In this document: positions 9,244 through 21,223 of the stretch, piece after piece
Layout of the letters: each line of letters opens with the position of its first letter
Position numbering within the stretch: the stretch's first letter is position 1
NCBI GenBank assembly: GCA_963748825.1
Contig: CAVVKN010000012.1
Coordinates: 1-64,000 of the forward strand
Origin: Methanotrichaceae archaeon
GTDB lineage: Archaea; Halobacteriota; Methanosarcinia; Methanotrichales; Methanotrichaceae
DNA: 64,000 nucleotides
Reading direction: 5' to 3'
Made by a program: the position numbers and the translations under genes
Notes under the pieces: model-generated
Databases searched by the model: none
Seen by the model: the letters and a program-made list of their open reading frames with translations, nothing else
What the model was told of the DNA's origin: nothing

Positions 9244-11262
9244 TCAGATAGTTAGATGCTTTCTTAGCATCTCGTCCAGCTCCTCCATCTTAACCGGCTT
9301 ACTGATATAATCATCCATGCCAGCCTCAAGGCACTTCTCTCTATCTCCCTTGAGCGCATATGCGGTTATGGCGATTATCAACATTTTGTTGTGCCAGCGC
9401 TGGCGAATTATGCGGGTGGCCTCCAGGCCATCCATCTCGGGCATCCTTACATCCATGAGCACAACATCGTAGCTTCCCAATTCAAGAGCCTGCAGAGCCT
9501 CCTTTCCACTGGATACCGCATGTGCTCGATAACCCAATCTCTTAAGCATTGAGAGTATGACCTTTTGATTCGACACATTGTCTTCAGCTATAAGCACACT
9601 TAGATCCTCATGGCCGCTTCTTTCCGCGATTAGCTCATCATCGCTGTCGGCTATGGATTGCTTGGCAAGCGCGGCTTTTAGGGCATTGAAGAGATCTGTT
9701 TGCCTGACGGGTTTGGCCAAAGTGCCTGTAAAAAGCTTTGGTCTGATTCGTTGGCCGGCGAATATCAGAGCTACTATTGGCAATGCCTTATTGATCTTGA
9801 GTATCTCTTCCTCTAAAGAGAGGCCGTTATCTATTGTGCTAATATCCAGGAGAGCAATGTCCATGGGATCAATACTTCTTATTAATCCAAGAGCTTCTTC
9901 AAACCCTGTGCTGGTTATCGGAATCATGCCCCATTCAGCGGTTTGCATTTCTAGGTTACTACGAATGGTTCTATTTCCTTCTGCGATGAGGATTCGCTTT
10001 CCATCAAGCGGCAGCTGGATCCCGCTTAGAAGCGAAATATTGGGAACAGGTTTAGTTTTAATGGTGAAATGGAATGATGACCCCTCCCCCAACTTGCTCT
10101 CTGCCCAAATCCTTCCGCTCATTAGCTCCACCAACTCTCTGCTAGTGGATAAACTCGTGTCAGCAACCTTGTTTTTTCTCTTCTTTAGCTCTTCGGGCGT
10201 TTCACATGAGTTGAAAAGCCGATCTAATTTATCCGCAGGGATACCTATGCCGGTATCTTTGATCTCAAAGTGAATCTCGTATAAGGGATCAAGATGTACA
10301 GAAGATACTGACACATCAACCTCTCCCTTATCGGTGAACTCGACTGAGTTGCTTAGCAAATTGATGAGGATTTGAAGAAGCTTCTTCGGGTCACCGATTA
10401 TTACATCCGGTGAAATTCCATCTATCTTGTATGCCAGATCCAGCCCCTTCGCCGTTGCCTTTTTAGCAACTGACTGCAGAGCATCCTCAATGCAATTGCG
10501 CAGATTAAATGTCCTAATTTCAAGCTCCGTCTTCTCTCGCTCTATCTTTGAGAAATCGAGGAAATCATTTACAACGGCCATCAGAGCATCTGAAGATATT
10601 CTGATGGTCTCTACGAAATCTCTCTGCTCTGCAGTCATATTCTCTTCAAGTAGCAGGCTTGTCATGCCCACTATGGCATTCATGGGCATACGAATGTCAA
10701 AGCTCATGTCTGTCATGAATTTTTTGTATGTCTTTAGCAGTTCAATTACACTTTTTTCATCATTTATGCGATATCTCTTTTTCCTTCCAACTTTCTCATG
10801 GGATAATATTTTGCGATCTTCTAAGATGTTGATGTATTTTGAGGCCGTCGAATGGCTCATTGACAATCTTTGTGCTATCTGAGAAAATGTGGATCCAGGT
10901 GACTCGACCAATATGAGGATTATATCTCGAAAACGCTTCTGCTGCAGTAATTGGGTTAATGCCCTCTCCTCTGGCTTGAGTTTGCCTGAAAGAAAATATA
11001 TTCTTAAGTTATATTGCTTTTGGCTAACAATTAATTCATTTTTCTCTAACTGATCGAGGTGATATCGCAAAGTACTAAGACTTATTTTAAGTTCCCTTGC
11101 GAGTTTCCTCAGGTGAGAGCCGGGATTATTCGAGATATAAGCTAAAATCTTCTCCCTATTATCATGGACAATGTTCTCTTGCATGTCGTCTCTGTCGTTT
11201 CCATCCAATGAATATCTATTTATTTGTTTTAATTTATTTCTGATGAAGTCACGTAGCTGCAA
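9244..11262 (-). CDS. Double winged-helix DNA-binding domains fused to a degenerate histidine kinase (His replaced by Phe) and two receiver domains
   Basis: N-terminal NPGSHLRKLARELKISLSTLRYHL and SPGSTFSQIAQRLSMSHSTASKY; H-box reads DMSFDIRMPMNA; G2 box replaced; C-terminal REC VLMDVRMPEMDG..KP. Confidence 0.85.
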   Translation of the reverse strand: MQLRDFIRNKLKQINRYSLDGNDRDDMQENIVHDNREKILAYISNNPGSHLRKLARELKISLSTLRYHLDQLEKNELIVSQKQYNLRIYFLSGKLKPEERALTQLLQQKRFRDIILILVESPGSTFSQIAQRLSMSHSTASKYINILEDRKILSHEKVGRKKRYRINDEKSVIELLKTYKKFMTDMSFDIRMPMNAIVGMTSLLLEENMTAEQRDFVETIRISSDALMAVVNDFLDFSKIEREKTELEIRTFNLRNCIEDALQSVAKKATAKGLDLAYKIDGISPDVIIGDPKKLLQILINLLSNSVEFTDKGEVDVSVSSVHLDPLYEIHFEIKDTGIGIPADKLDRLFNSCETPEELKKRKNKVADTSLSTSRELVELMSGRIWAESKLGEGSSFHFTIKTKPVPNISLLSGIQLPLDGKRILIAEGNRTIRSNLEMQTAEWGMIPITSTGFEEALGLIRSIDPMDIALLDISTIDNGLSLEEEILKINKALPIVALIFAGQRIRPKLFTGTLAKPVRQTDLFNALKAALAKQSIADSDDELIAERSGHEDLSVLIAEDNVSNQKVILSMLKRLGYRAHAVSSGKEALQALELGSYDVVLMDVRMPEMDGLEATRIIRQRWHNKMLIIAITAYALKGDREKCLEAGMDDYISKPVKMEELDEMLRKHLTI

Positions 11263-11557
11263 CCCAAGCTGTGAACTTCTCTCTTGGACAATATCGCATC
11301 AAATTCCACCGGATTCCCATAGTCTCCCTAGCGAGGAGGTGGCTGCTAATCTGTTATAGATATTTTGTGGTCAATTTCCATCAGTCCCAAAATAGGAGAG
11401 GACGAAATGGCAAGTAGGCTGGCCGCTAGTATTAATGGACGGCTATGTGGCCATAGTGAGTAGTGCGCTCCGGTAAGAGGCGTTCCGATTCTTTTTTTCA
11501 ACAGCGTCTAAATTTGCCGCCTCCTCTGTATAAGCTGACCTTATGCCTGAATGCATT

Positions 11558-11734
11558 CTAGGAAACCACCTGCACAAACCGCTCCTGTATACGATACCGA
11601 TGAAACTGCTCAGACTCCGCTATCTTTCCCAGGAAATCCAAACGCTGATCAATTTTATCAACTTCATAGTTCATCTTCGAGATCCTATCCGAAAGCAACT
11701 GACGTCTTTTGATAAGTGCCTCCCATTCTTCCAT
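11558..11734 (-). CDS. Small coiled-coil hypothetical protein
   Basis: ATG at 11734 with GGAGGTGA RBS; degenerate paralog near 31320-31520. Confidence 0.55.
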   Translation of the reverse strand: MEEWEALIKRRQLLSDRISKMNYEVDKIDQRLDFLGKIAESEQFHRYRIQERFVQVVS

Positions 11735-11809
11735 GTATTTCACCTCCGATTTACATCTTATTCGCATCTGATTTGCATCCAGATAATTGATACATTTGCA
11801 TAAGCTCTT

Positions 11810-11847
11810 TATGGCACATATTGAGAATTATAGTACAAAGTGTAAAC
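11810..11847 (-). promoter_or_regulatory. 38-bp conserved motif copy 2, upstream of a TTATGCAA TATA-like box
   Basis: + strand tatggcacatattgagaattatagtacaaagtgtaaac. Confidence 0.65.
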
Positions 11848-12040
11848 TATCAAATTTACCCGGTCGTGAATTTTTCCAGTCAATGTCTTAGGGATGATGA
11901 AAGCAGTATGTTGCTTTTAGGGCAGGTATGATGTCATAAGGGATCATTCATCCTGGGATGGGATCTAACTTGACTTAATAATTTCTAAGTAAATCAATCA
12001 ATATATGATTTTTTAGTTATAATTGCATGGTTGATATTAA

Positions 12041-12301
12041 TTATGTGAGCTTGGCAGTAACTCTATCCTTAAGATGTACCAATTGTAATATACTCATCCT
12101 CGCCAATTTGATAAGATGCTGTAGGAACGGGATGGAAAAAACCATGCTTCTCCGGGGCATAGGAAAGTTGCAGTTGGGGCATTGTGGAATCCTCAGGATA
12201 ATATTTATCAAATAGAAGATTCCTAAACCTCTAATAAAGCCTTTCCACGTTAAATACATATTGGGCTTTACATCCTTCCGGCAATATCTACAGAGTACCA
12301 T
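12041..12301 (-). CDS. LITAF-like zinc-ribbon membrane-associated protein (paralog of 18688-19038)
   Basis: CRYC - hydrophobic helix - CPNC. Confidence 0.65.
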   Translation of the reverse strand: MVLCRYCRKDVKPNMYLTWKGFIRGLGIFYLINIILRIPQCPNCNFPMPRRSMVFSIPFLQHLIKLARMSILQLVHLKDRVTAKLT

Positions 12302-12589
12302 ATATCCACCATTTATATTACTAACACAGGTTTTGACAAATTAGCGCCTGGAGACCCCGAGAATTTGGTTCAGGCTCTGTTCGGAAGGTACTTCGAAATG
12401 GGCTTACCACTATTTATTAGGAACTGATAGTATTTAAGATATCATAAGACAATCTCCGCCAACTTTTGTCCGTAAGCTTGATCCTCCTCCCCTTCAGCAG
12501 CCCATCTCCTGTTCCCATCTAGAATTATCCCGATATGTTTGGTATTCGTTTCATGGACTCCGAACTAATTTTGAAGGTGCTAAATTTTG

Positions 12590-12884
12590 GTTTCCATTGG
12601 TGCTGTGATAGAAGCATCCATCGTTCCTGCAGACAGGTCCGTGAATGCCTGATCATTGGTAGCAAATACCACGAAGGTATTATTGCTTATATGCAATCCT
12701 TCATTATTCCGAGTGCCCACCACATCAGCTTTCTGGATGGCTGCAGAGTACGTATTCAGGTTTCCCAGATCCTGGCCGCCTCCAGGACGCCGTAATCCGC
12801 GCCAGTAGCTCCCATGAGAAGGGTGATCGATATAAGCGATGCCAATAGCAATATCGGCAAAGTCCGTTTGATTTTTACGATCAT
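12590..12884 (-). pseudogene. Truncated, frameshifted fasciclin (FAS1)-domain secreted protein
   Basis: ATG 12884 gives signal peptide MIVKIKRTLPILLLASLISITLLMG; a second frame gives GNLNTYSAAIQKADVVGT..EG..TFVVFATNDQAFTDLSAGTMDA (FAS1 H1-like). Confidence 0.65.
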
Positions 12885-13087
12885 ATAACGTCAAATCCTA
12901 AAAATTTTCCAACTTTTGGTTTTCGCTATTTTTATTCTTATTTGCCTTTAGCTGTGATTGTATTCTATGTAGTTTCCATATTTTTTTGATTAAGACTGGA
13001 GAGAAGAGGAGAGAGAGACAGAATCTCTCCAGCCAAGGAGGTTAACCTGACTACAATGTTAGAATGCGCTAAATCTATTTAAATTGT

Positions 13088-13125
13088 TATGGCGCAAAAT
13101 AAGAATAGTAGTACAAATCGCGAAC
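13088..13125 (-). promoter_or_regulatory. 38-bp conserved motif copy 3, upstream of TTTAAATA
   Basis: + strand tatggcgcaaaataagaatagtagtacaaatcgcgaac. Confidence 0.65.
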
Positions 13126-13176
13126 AATAATTTATATATATTAATCTAAAGTTATTAGTCAGAATACCCCTTCGTC

Positions 13177-15735
<2,559 letters not shown>

Positions 15736-15747
15736 AATAGTGCTCAG

Positions 15748-16140
15748 TCATCCTTTCGTTTTCTGGGGTTTCACCTCTTGCAGGGGATCGACGATTTCTG
15801 TCGTACCGATGTGCAAGTCCATTCCTACCAGAACTCGCCTCGTGTCCGACATGCTCCCAATCAGTTTTCTCAGAGGCGGTGGAAGCTCTTTGATGAGCGT
15901 AGGCGCTGCTACAATTTGTCCATCTTTGGCGAGAATGGGCTGCTGGTAAACATCAACCACTTCGAGTTGATATCTGCCTGCCAGGTATGTCTCGCATATG
16001 CGCTTGATGTTTTCGATTGCCTGAAGAGACTTTGGGTTCATACCTGCGACAAAAAGGCGTAGGACATACTTTTCCTGACTTAGCCGCTTGAGTGCTTCCT
16101 CAAACTCCTGGGTCGTGTCTTTCTGCTCGTCCATAGGCAA
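15748..16140 (-). CDS. kaiB: KaiB-family protein (second copy)
   Basis: YVLRLFVAG..S..AI..I..ICE..L.GRY.LEVVD...P.LA...IVAAPTLIKELPPPLRKLIG. Confidence 0.92.
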   Translation of the reverse strand: MPMDEQKDTTQEFEEALKRLSQEKYVLRLFVAGMNPKSLQAIENIKRICETYLAGRYQLEVVDVYQQPILAKDGQIVAAPTLIKELPPPLRKLIGSMSDTRRVLVGMDLHIGTTEIVDPLQEVKPQKTKG

Positions 16141-16169
16141 CCCCTCGTTTTCGAATCAACTGACTTTTG

Positions 16170-16490
16170 CTATGCCGGTCTTAGATCAAGACCTACTAAA
16201 ACCTTCTCTGTATTGGATAGGTCGCCGATAATCTTCTTTAAGGGGGGCGGCAGCTGCCTTACCAGAGTGGGGATGGCCAGGATCTGATCTCCCTTAGCAA
16301 GCTGAGGTTTCTCCAGCAGGTCTATTATCTCTATTTTATATCTGCCTGCCAGGTGCTCCTCGCAGATCTTCTTGAGATTGGCAAAGGCAGCAAGGCTCTT
16401 CCTGGTCTGACCTGCCACATAGAGCCTCAGTATGTAGACATTTTCTCCTGGCTGCATGCCGGACTGAACTGTTTCAGCTCCTTCTTCCAT
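16170..16490 (-). CDS. kaiB: KaiB-family protein
   Basis: [28 protein letters not shown]...[26 protein letters not shown]. Confidence 0.94.
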   Translation of the reverse strand: MEEGAETVQSGMQPGENVYILRLYVAGQTRKSLAAFANLKKICEEHLAGRYKIEIIDLLEKPQLAKGDQILAIPTLVRQLPPPLKKIIGDLSNTEKVLVGLDLRPA

Positions 16491-16531
16491 TTGATCTCCT
16501 CAGCTTCCTTTAGAGTGGCTATCAGCCTTTC

Positions 16532-18223
16532 TCAAACGTGCCATGTCCGTGTGACTTTCTTATCTATGGCTTCACGCTTGAGTTCCTCCTCCCCAACCAA
16601 TTTTTTCAGCTCTTTTTCTTCCGTCTCGAACTCTGAACGAAGTGCAGCAATCTGTTCATCCAGTGATCTCAGCGTTTTCTCCAGATCGCGCTTCTTGCGT
16701 TCAGTCTCTTGCTTTTGAGCCATGGCTTCGGCTTTCTCCCGAGCCTCCACAACCGCTCTTGAGGAGCCCATGAGAAGTCCTCCTGTCTGGCCCAGATAAA
16801 CATCTGTCAGCTTTACGCCCTCGCCTGTGATCAGGTACTCGCGTATCTGGTTGGAGTGCGCCATGCCACGAGACTTCACCACTGACAAGCCACGATTGCG
16901 TTCATCGCCCTCCTCAAACATCCGCAGCCTGATCCAGGTATCCATCAGAGAAGAGATTCCCTGGCCAGACTGCCCATCCTCCTCGCTATCAATCAGGCTG
17001 GTAGAGAGCGCGGTTATACCCCTCCGTTTGAGGTAATCAATCAGCCTTGTCAGCATGAACTTCACATCGGTTTCTGTTCCGACGTTCGTCAGGTTCGAGA
17101 TGGGATCGATGATCACCACTTTAGGCTGGAACTTGTCGATGATCTTTCGCATCTCCAACAGATGCATCTCAATACCTTTAGCCATCGGCCTTGAGGCGTG
17201 GATCTGAAGGAGACCTGCGTTAATGCATGAATTGAAGTTGATGCCGATAGAACCCATGTTGCGGCCGATCTGGCTGGGTGACTCCTCGAAGGCGAAGTAA
17301 AGGCAGCGCTCATGTCGGCGGCATGCAGCATCTATAAAATGAGCCGCCAAGCTGGTCTTGCCAGTGCCCGCCGTCCCTGAGATCAGAATGCTGCTCCCGC
17401 AAAAGTAACCTCTTCCCCCCAGCATATTGTCAAGCCGCTCGATTCCGGAAGATATCCTCTCTGTGGAAGCGGTATGCTCCAGCCCGAGGGATGTTATGGG
17501 CAGAACAGAGATGCCGTCTTCCTCTATGAGAAAGGGATACTCGTTCGTGCCGTGCTTCGAGCCGCGATACTTGACGATGCGAAGCCTTCTGGTGGCGATC
17601 TGCTGCTCCATGCGGTTGTCGAGGAGTATTACGCAATCGGCAACGTACTCCTCCAGGCCGAAGCGTGTCAGTGTGTTATCGCTACGCTCACCTGTTACGA
17701 TGGCCGTTACTCCCTTGCTCTTCAGCCATTTGAAGAGCCTTCGAAGCTCTGAACGCAAAATGGCATAATTCTTAAACCCTGCAAAAAGCACCTCAATAGT
17801 GTCCAGGACCACGCGCTTGGCTCCGATGGAGTCAATGGCAGATCCCAAGCGGATGAAGAGACCTTCTAGATCATATTCCCCCGTCTCCTCAATCTCTGAG
17901 CTGTCGATGTAGATGTAATCGATGAGGATCTTTTTTCTAGCCGTTAGGTCTGCCAGGTCGATTCCCAGGGAGGCGAAGTTCTTGGTCAGCTCCTCGGAGC
18001 TCTCCTCAAAGGCTACGAAGACTCCAGGTTCATCATATTTGAGGGCCCCCTGCGCGAGGAACTGCATGGAAATCAGAGTCTTGCCTGAGCCTGCGCCACC
18101 TGCTATTAGAGTAGGACGTCCTTTAGGAAGCCCACCATCCGTGATCTCGTCTAACCCGTTGATCCCCGTAGGGGATTTCTCTAAACCAGCAGAATTGATG
18201 TCAGCAGTGTTCGTGTCCGTCAT
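16532..18223 (-). CDS. kaiC: Double-domain KaiC with C-terminal coiled coil
   Basis: Two Walker A motifs (GGAGSGKT, GTAGTGKT), two FEES, KYRGS/KSRG, phospho-site region ISSLMD. Confidence 0.95.
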   Translation of the reverse strand: MTDTNTADINSAGLEKSPTGINGLDEITDGGLPKGRPTLIAGGAGSGKTLISMQFLAQGALKYDEPGVFVAFEESSEELTKNFASLGIDLADLTARKKILIDYIYIDSSEIEETGEYDLEGLFIRLGSAIDSIGAKRVVLDTIEVLFAGFKNYAILRSELRRLFKWLKSKGVTAIVTGERSDNTLTRFGLEEYVADCVILLDNRMEQQIATRRLRIVKYRGSKHGTNEYPFLIEEDGISVLPITSLGLEHTASTERISSGIERLDNMLGGRGYFCGSSILISGTAGTGKTSLAAHFIDAACRRHERCLYFAFEESPSQIGRNMGSIGINFNSCINAGLLQIHASRPMAKGIEMHLLEMRKIIDKFQPKVVIIDPISNLTNVGTETDVKFMLTRLIDYLKRRGITALSTSLIDSEEDGQSGQGISSLMDTWIRLRMFEEGDERNRGLSVVKSRGMAHSNQIREYLITGEGVKLTDVYLGQTGGLLMGSSRAVVEAREKAEAMAQKQETERKKRDLEKTLRSLDEQIAALRSEFETEEKELKKLVGEEELKREAIDKKVTRTWHV

Positions 18224-18498
18224 GATTATGCCATATCATTTAGTTTTTGTTTTCAAGCAACTGAGATCCGACCATTATCTTGCATTTGGCCTCATCTGTT
18301 TATAAATGGAAGAACTTACTCATAACTTATATAGATAACGTACTAAAGACGCATTACGCCACCACACTGATCGAATTTTGGATATATCACGATACTTTGC
18401 ACAATCGAGCCACCCCACCTGCTTTGCCACTCGTCGGTCGCCGCGACATTGACTGATATCTTGGATTATGTCGAATGCCTTCCAACTTTAAAAATAAT

Positions 18499-18536
18499 GT
18501 TCGTGCTTTGTGCTATAGTTCCTGATTTGTGTCATA
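18499..18536 (+). promoter_or_regulatory. 38-bp conserved motif copy 4 (opposite orientation), 5 bp upstream of TTTAATA
   Basis: gttcgtgctttgtgctatagttcctgatttgtgtcata; reverse complement aligns to the other copies. Confidence 0.7.
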
Positions 18537-18687
18537 ATATCTTTAATACTTTTAGTTCCTTATAAGTAATGGTTAAGACCTTTCAAACCACCTTCCGAAC
18601 TGAAGAGCCAGAAACCTCCTTCTCGGCTCTCCTGGTCGATAATTGTCAAAACCTGTATTAGCTAATAATAGATCGAGGACATATAGT

Positions 18688-19038
18688 ATGGTACTTTGTG
18701 GATATTGTCGTATCAATGTAAAGCCCAAGATGTATTTAACGTGGAAAGGCTTTATTAGAGGTTTAGGATTCTTCTATTTGATATATATTATCACAAAGGT
18801 TCCACAATGCCCCAACTGCAATTTTCCTATGCCCCGGAGAAGCATGGTTTTTGCCTTCCATCCCCCACCGCAGCTTATCAAATTGGCGAGGATATGTGTA
18901 TTTCAACTGATCCATTTTAAGGATCGGGTAATATCCGCTTCTCGGAGATACAATATAAATCGCAGATTCTATCCATCCCAGAATTTCGGAAGTATGAACC
19001 CAAACAAAACCACATATTTCAATAATATGTTTAAGTAG
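18688..19038 (+). CDS. LITAF-like zinc-ribbon protein
   Basis: MVLCGYC...hydrophobic...CPNC; start chosen by alignment to the paralog. Confidence 0.65.
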   Translation: MVLCGYCRINVKPKMYLTWKGFIRGLGFFYLIYIITKVPQCPNCNFPMPRRSMVFAFHPPPQLIKLARICVFQLIHFKDRVISASRRYNINRRFYPSQNFGSMNPNKTTYFNNMFK

Positions 19039-19226
19039 TGCTATCAGTTTAGGTGATAATCTATGATTAAAACTATAGGTTCCTGTCAATGTAGTTTTTT
19101 GATTGTCTCTGTAATGATGTTTTGTATTTATGAATCTTACGTATCTGAAATTTTAGGTGCCAAAATCGTTTTATGCAATAACATCCTATAATAGATTAGG
19201 TTTCATCGAAGGAGGAATCAAAAAAA

Positions 19227-19511
19227 ATGGCAAGTGAAAATGTAGAGAAGGCAAAGGCCGATGTAAAGAAAGGTGTGGCTGATTTGGAGAAGGCGGGGAG
19301 TTATTTAAAGGCTGATATAGAATCTGGTGTGGAAAAGGCCAAGGCAAGTTTGGGGCATAGTGAACTTGGGAAGAAAGTAGAATATGCCAAGGCAGACATA
19401 AAGGCTGACGTGGAGAAGTCAAAGGCGGAAATAAAACATGCGTCCGCTGATGCAAAAGCAAATGCAGATGAAGAAAAGGCTAGGATAGATCGAGCAAGAA
19501 AAACCACATGA
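19227..19511 (+). CDS. Small hydrophilic LEA-like/apolipoprotein-like repeat protein
   Basis: AAGGAGG RBS; repeated EKAKADVK/IK amphipathic units. Confidence 0.65.
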   Translation: MASENVEKAKADVKKGVADLEKAGSYLKADIESGVEKAKASLGHSELGKKVEYAKADIKADVEKSKAEIKHASADAKANADEEKARIDRARKTT

Positions 19512-19572
19512 GATAAACATCAGATTAAGATATGTGGAATAGCTCGGTTTGAACAGCAAAAAGGAGGATAAA

Positions 19573-19755
19573 ATGGCAGACTTGCTCTATTTGGCAGTAG
19601 TGTTCTTTGTAATAGCCCTGATACTTGGAATAATGGGATCACGAGGTGCCGGCATATCGATGGATATTGCCAAATGGCTGATAATTGTATTCATCATTCT
19701 GGCGGTACTGTCGCTCATATTCGGTGGTGGCATATTGTTAACGTTGGCAATTTAG
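19573..19755 (+). CDS. DUF1328/UPF0391 small membrane protein
   Basis: [37 protein letters not shown]; GGAGG RBS. Confidence 0.8.
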   Translation: MADLLYLAVVFFVIALILGIMGSRGAGISMDIAKWLIIVFIILAVLSLIFGGGILLTLAI

Positions 19756-19835
19756 ATTAATAGATATTAACATATCTATTGAATATGTATAAGCGACAAA
19801 AGAGTGATTTACATAGATCAGAAAAGAGGTTAGAT

Positions 19836-20159
19836 ATGAAAAAAGTATTATTGATTATGCTTATTGCCACAATGATGCTCACAGCATTCCTAGCTCTAAG
19901 CGTAGCAGAGGATGTAACTAAATCAACTACGAGTACGACTACAACCCCTGCTCCCGATGTTACCAAATCAACCACAACTACCACGACTCCTGGCTCCGAG
20001 GCTACCAAATCAACTACAACTACTACGACTCCTAGCTCCGAGCCTACAAGCACGACTAAATCAACATCTACGACTACCTCGACTCCTGGCTTTGAGGCAA
20101 CCTTTGCCGTAGCCGGAATTCTTGCAGTTACTTTCATAGCTTTGAGGAGGAGACACTAG
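19836..20159 (+). CDS. Thr-rich PGF-CTERM surface protein
   Basis: Signal peptide, TKSTTTTTTP repeats, TPGFE + TM helix + RRRH. Confidence 0.85.
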   Translation: MKKVLLIMLIATMMLTAFLALSVAEDVTKSTTSTTTTPAPDVTKSTTTTTTPGSEATKSTTTTTTPSSEPTSTTKSTSTTTSTPGFEATFAVAGILAVTFIALRRRH

Positions 20160-20192
20160 GAATATCGTAATTTTTTGATATTAGGAGAGGCA

Positions 20193-20345
20193 ATGTTTGT
20201 CTTAGATGAAACGGACTATGATAAAAAGACTTATAAAAATATTGTTCACGCTTGGGACTATCATCCCCCTAATCTTGGTCCTGGCGAGAAAGATGCGCAA
20301 AGCGGTGAAAAAGAATTAAATTACTTAAATGTACTGACCGATTGA
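20193..20345 (+). CDS. Unlisted 50-aa small ORF
   Basis: AGGAGAGG RBS, MFVLDETDYDKK...NVLTD; stop is 1 nt before the next ATG. Confidence 0.45.
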   Translation: MFVLDETDYDKKTYKNIVHAWDYHPPNLGPGEKDAQSGEKELNYLNVLTD

Positions 20346-20346
20346 G

Positions 20347-20676
20347 ATGATAATTTTGAAAAAAGAAGAATTTATGCGGCAGATCGAGGGTTGCAAGCTT
20401 CCAGCGATCTTTGATCAAGGTCTCTTGGATAATGCTTCTGAGATGTTCAGCAAATGGGGTATGACCACACATTTGGACGAAAAGGAGCACCTTTTTAAGA
20501 GTTCTGGACTGGCACCTAAACCCGAAGATAGCGATGCCCTGAAAAAGGAAAAAGAGGCATTGCGTTGTGTGTGCGAGAAGATGATGGACTCAAATCTGAA
20601 TAGGAATGACGCAGCGGTGATCATCAAGAATTTTAATAACATCAAAGATCCGGAATTTGAGTGGGCAAAAGAATAG
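20347..20676 (+). CDS. Hypothetical protein
   Basis: 109-aa ORF in a co-oriented cluster. Confidence 0.65.
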   Translation: MIILKKEEFMRQIEGCKLPAIFDQGLLDNASEMFSKWGMTTHLDEKEHLFKSSGLAPKPEDSDALKKEKEALRCVCEKMMDSNLNRNDAAVIIKNFNNIKDPEFEWAKE

Positions 20677-20863
20677 ATCCACTCCATTAATTTTTATAAA
20701 ATTATAATCATTATATCACGGAGATATGATGTTTGGAGTCCGTACTTAAACTTATTGAGCTTTATAAGTATATAGCGTATAGAACTTTAATATTTTTATA
20801 CCAAAAGCTTTTTATTTAATGACATCCTACTGTATCTAGAATCACTAATGGAGGATTAAAAAT

Positions 20864-21004
20864 ATGGCAAATGACGTTGAAGCACAGCTAAAGCAGCTAG
20901 ACATAGAGATGAAGAAAGCGAAAACCCAGGCGGAAAAAGATGAGATTAAGGAACGTCAGGATGAACTCAAACGACAATTAGCTGGTTCCCCGAAAAAGAA
21001 GTAG
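20864..21004 (+). CDS. Unlisted 46-aa charged coiled-coil small protein
   Basis: GGAGG RBS, MANDVEAQLKQLDIEMKKAKTQAEKDEIKERQDELKRQLAGSPKKK; TATA-like sequence upstream. Confidence 0.6.
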   Translation: MANDVEAQLKQLDIEMKKAKTQAEKDEIKERQDELKRQLAGSPKKK

Positions 21005-21223
21005 AAGTCTATGGTTGCGGAAAATGCTAAAGCTTCATATAGAAAATATGGAGTTGAGGCATGAAATTCTACAATACTTATACCTATATAATATAGGCAT
21101 ATCCGAAAAGGGATTCAAAAGATTTTTGACATCTTTTTCGCTATCTTTTTGTCCCTCCTCTTAAATTTTAGTTCATCAATAGGAATCTTAGAAACCGGTT
21201 TAAGCAATAGTAGGTGTGAAAAA

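Noticed and set aside
11370-11412. Hammerhead ribozyme-like gtccc-aaaatagg...ggacgaaa
   Set aside because: The required CUGAUGA core is absent upstream of the stem (it reads ccatca).
11892-11965. C/D box sRNA (ATGATGA plus ATGATGT)
   Set aside because: No CTGA D or D' boxes at suitable spacing.
12580-12894. 104-aa ORF as an intact gene
   Set aside because: It is a chimera of frames from a broken fasciclin gene.
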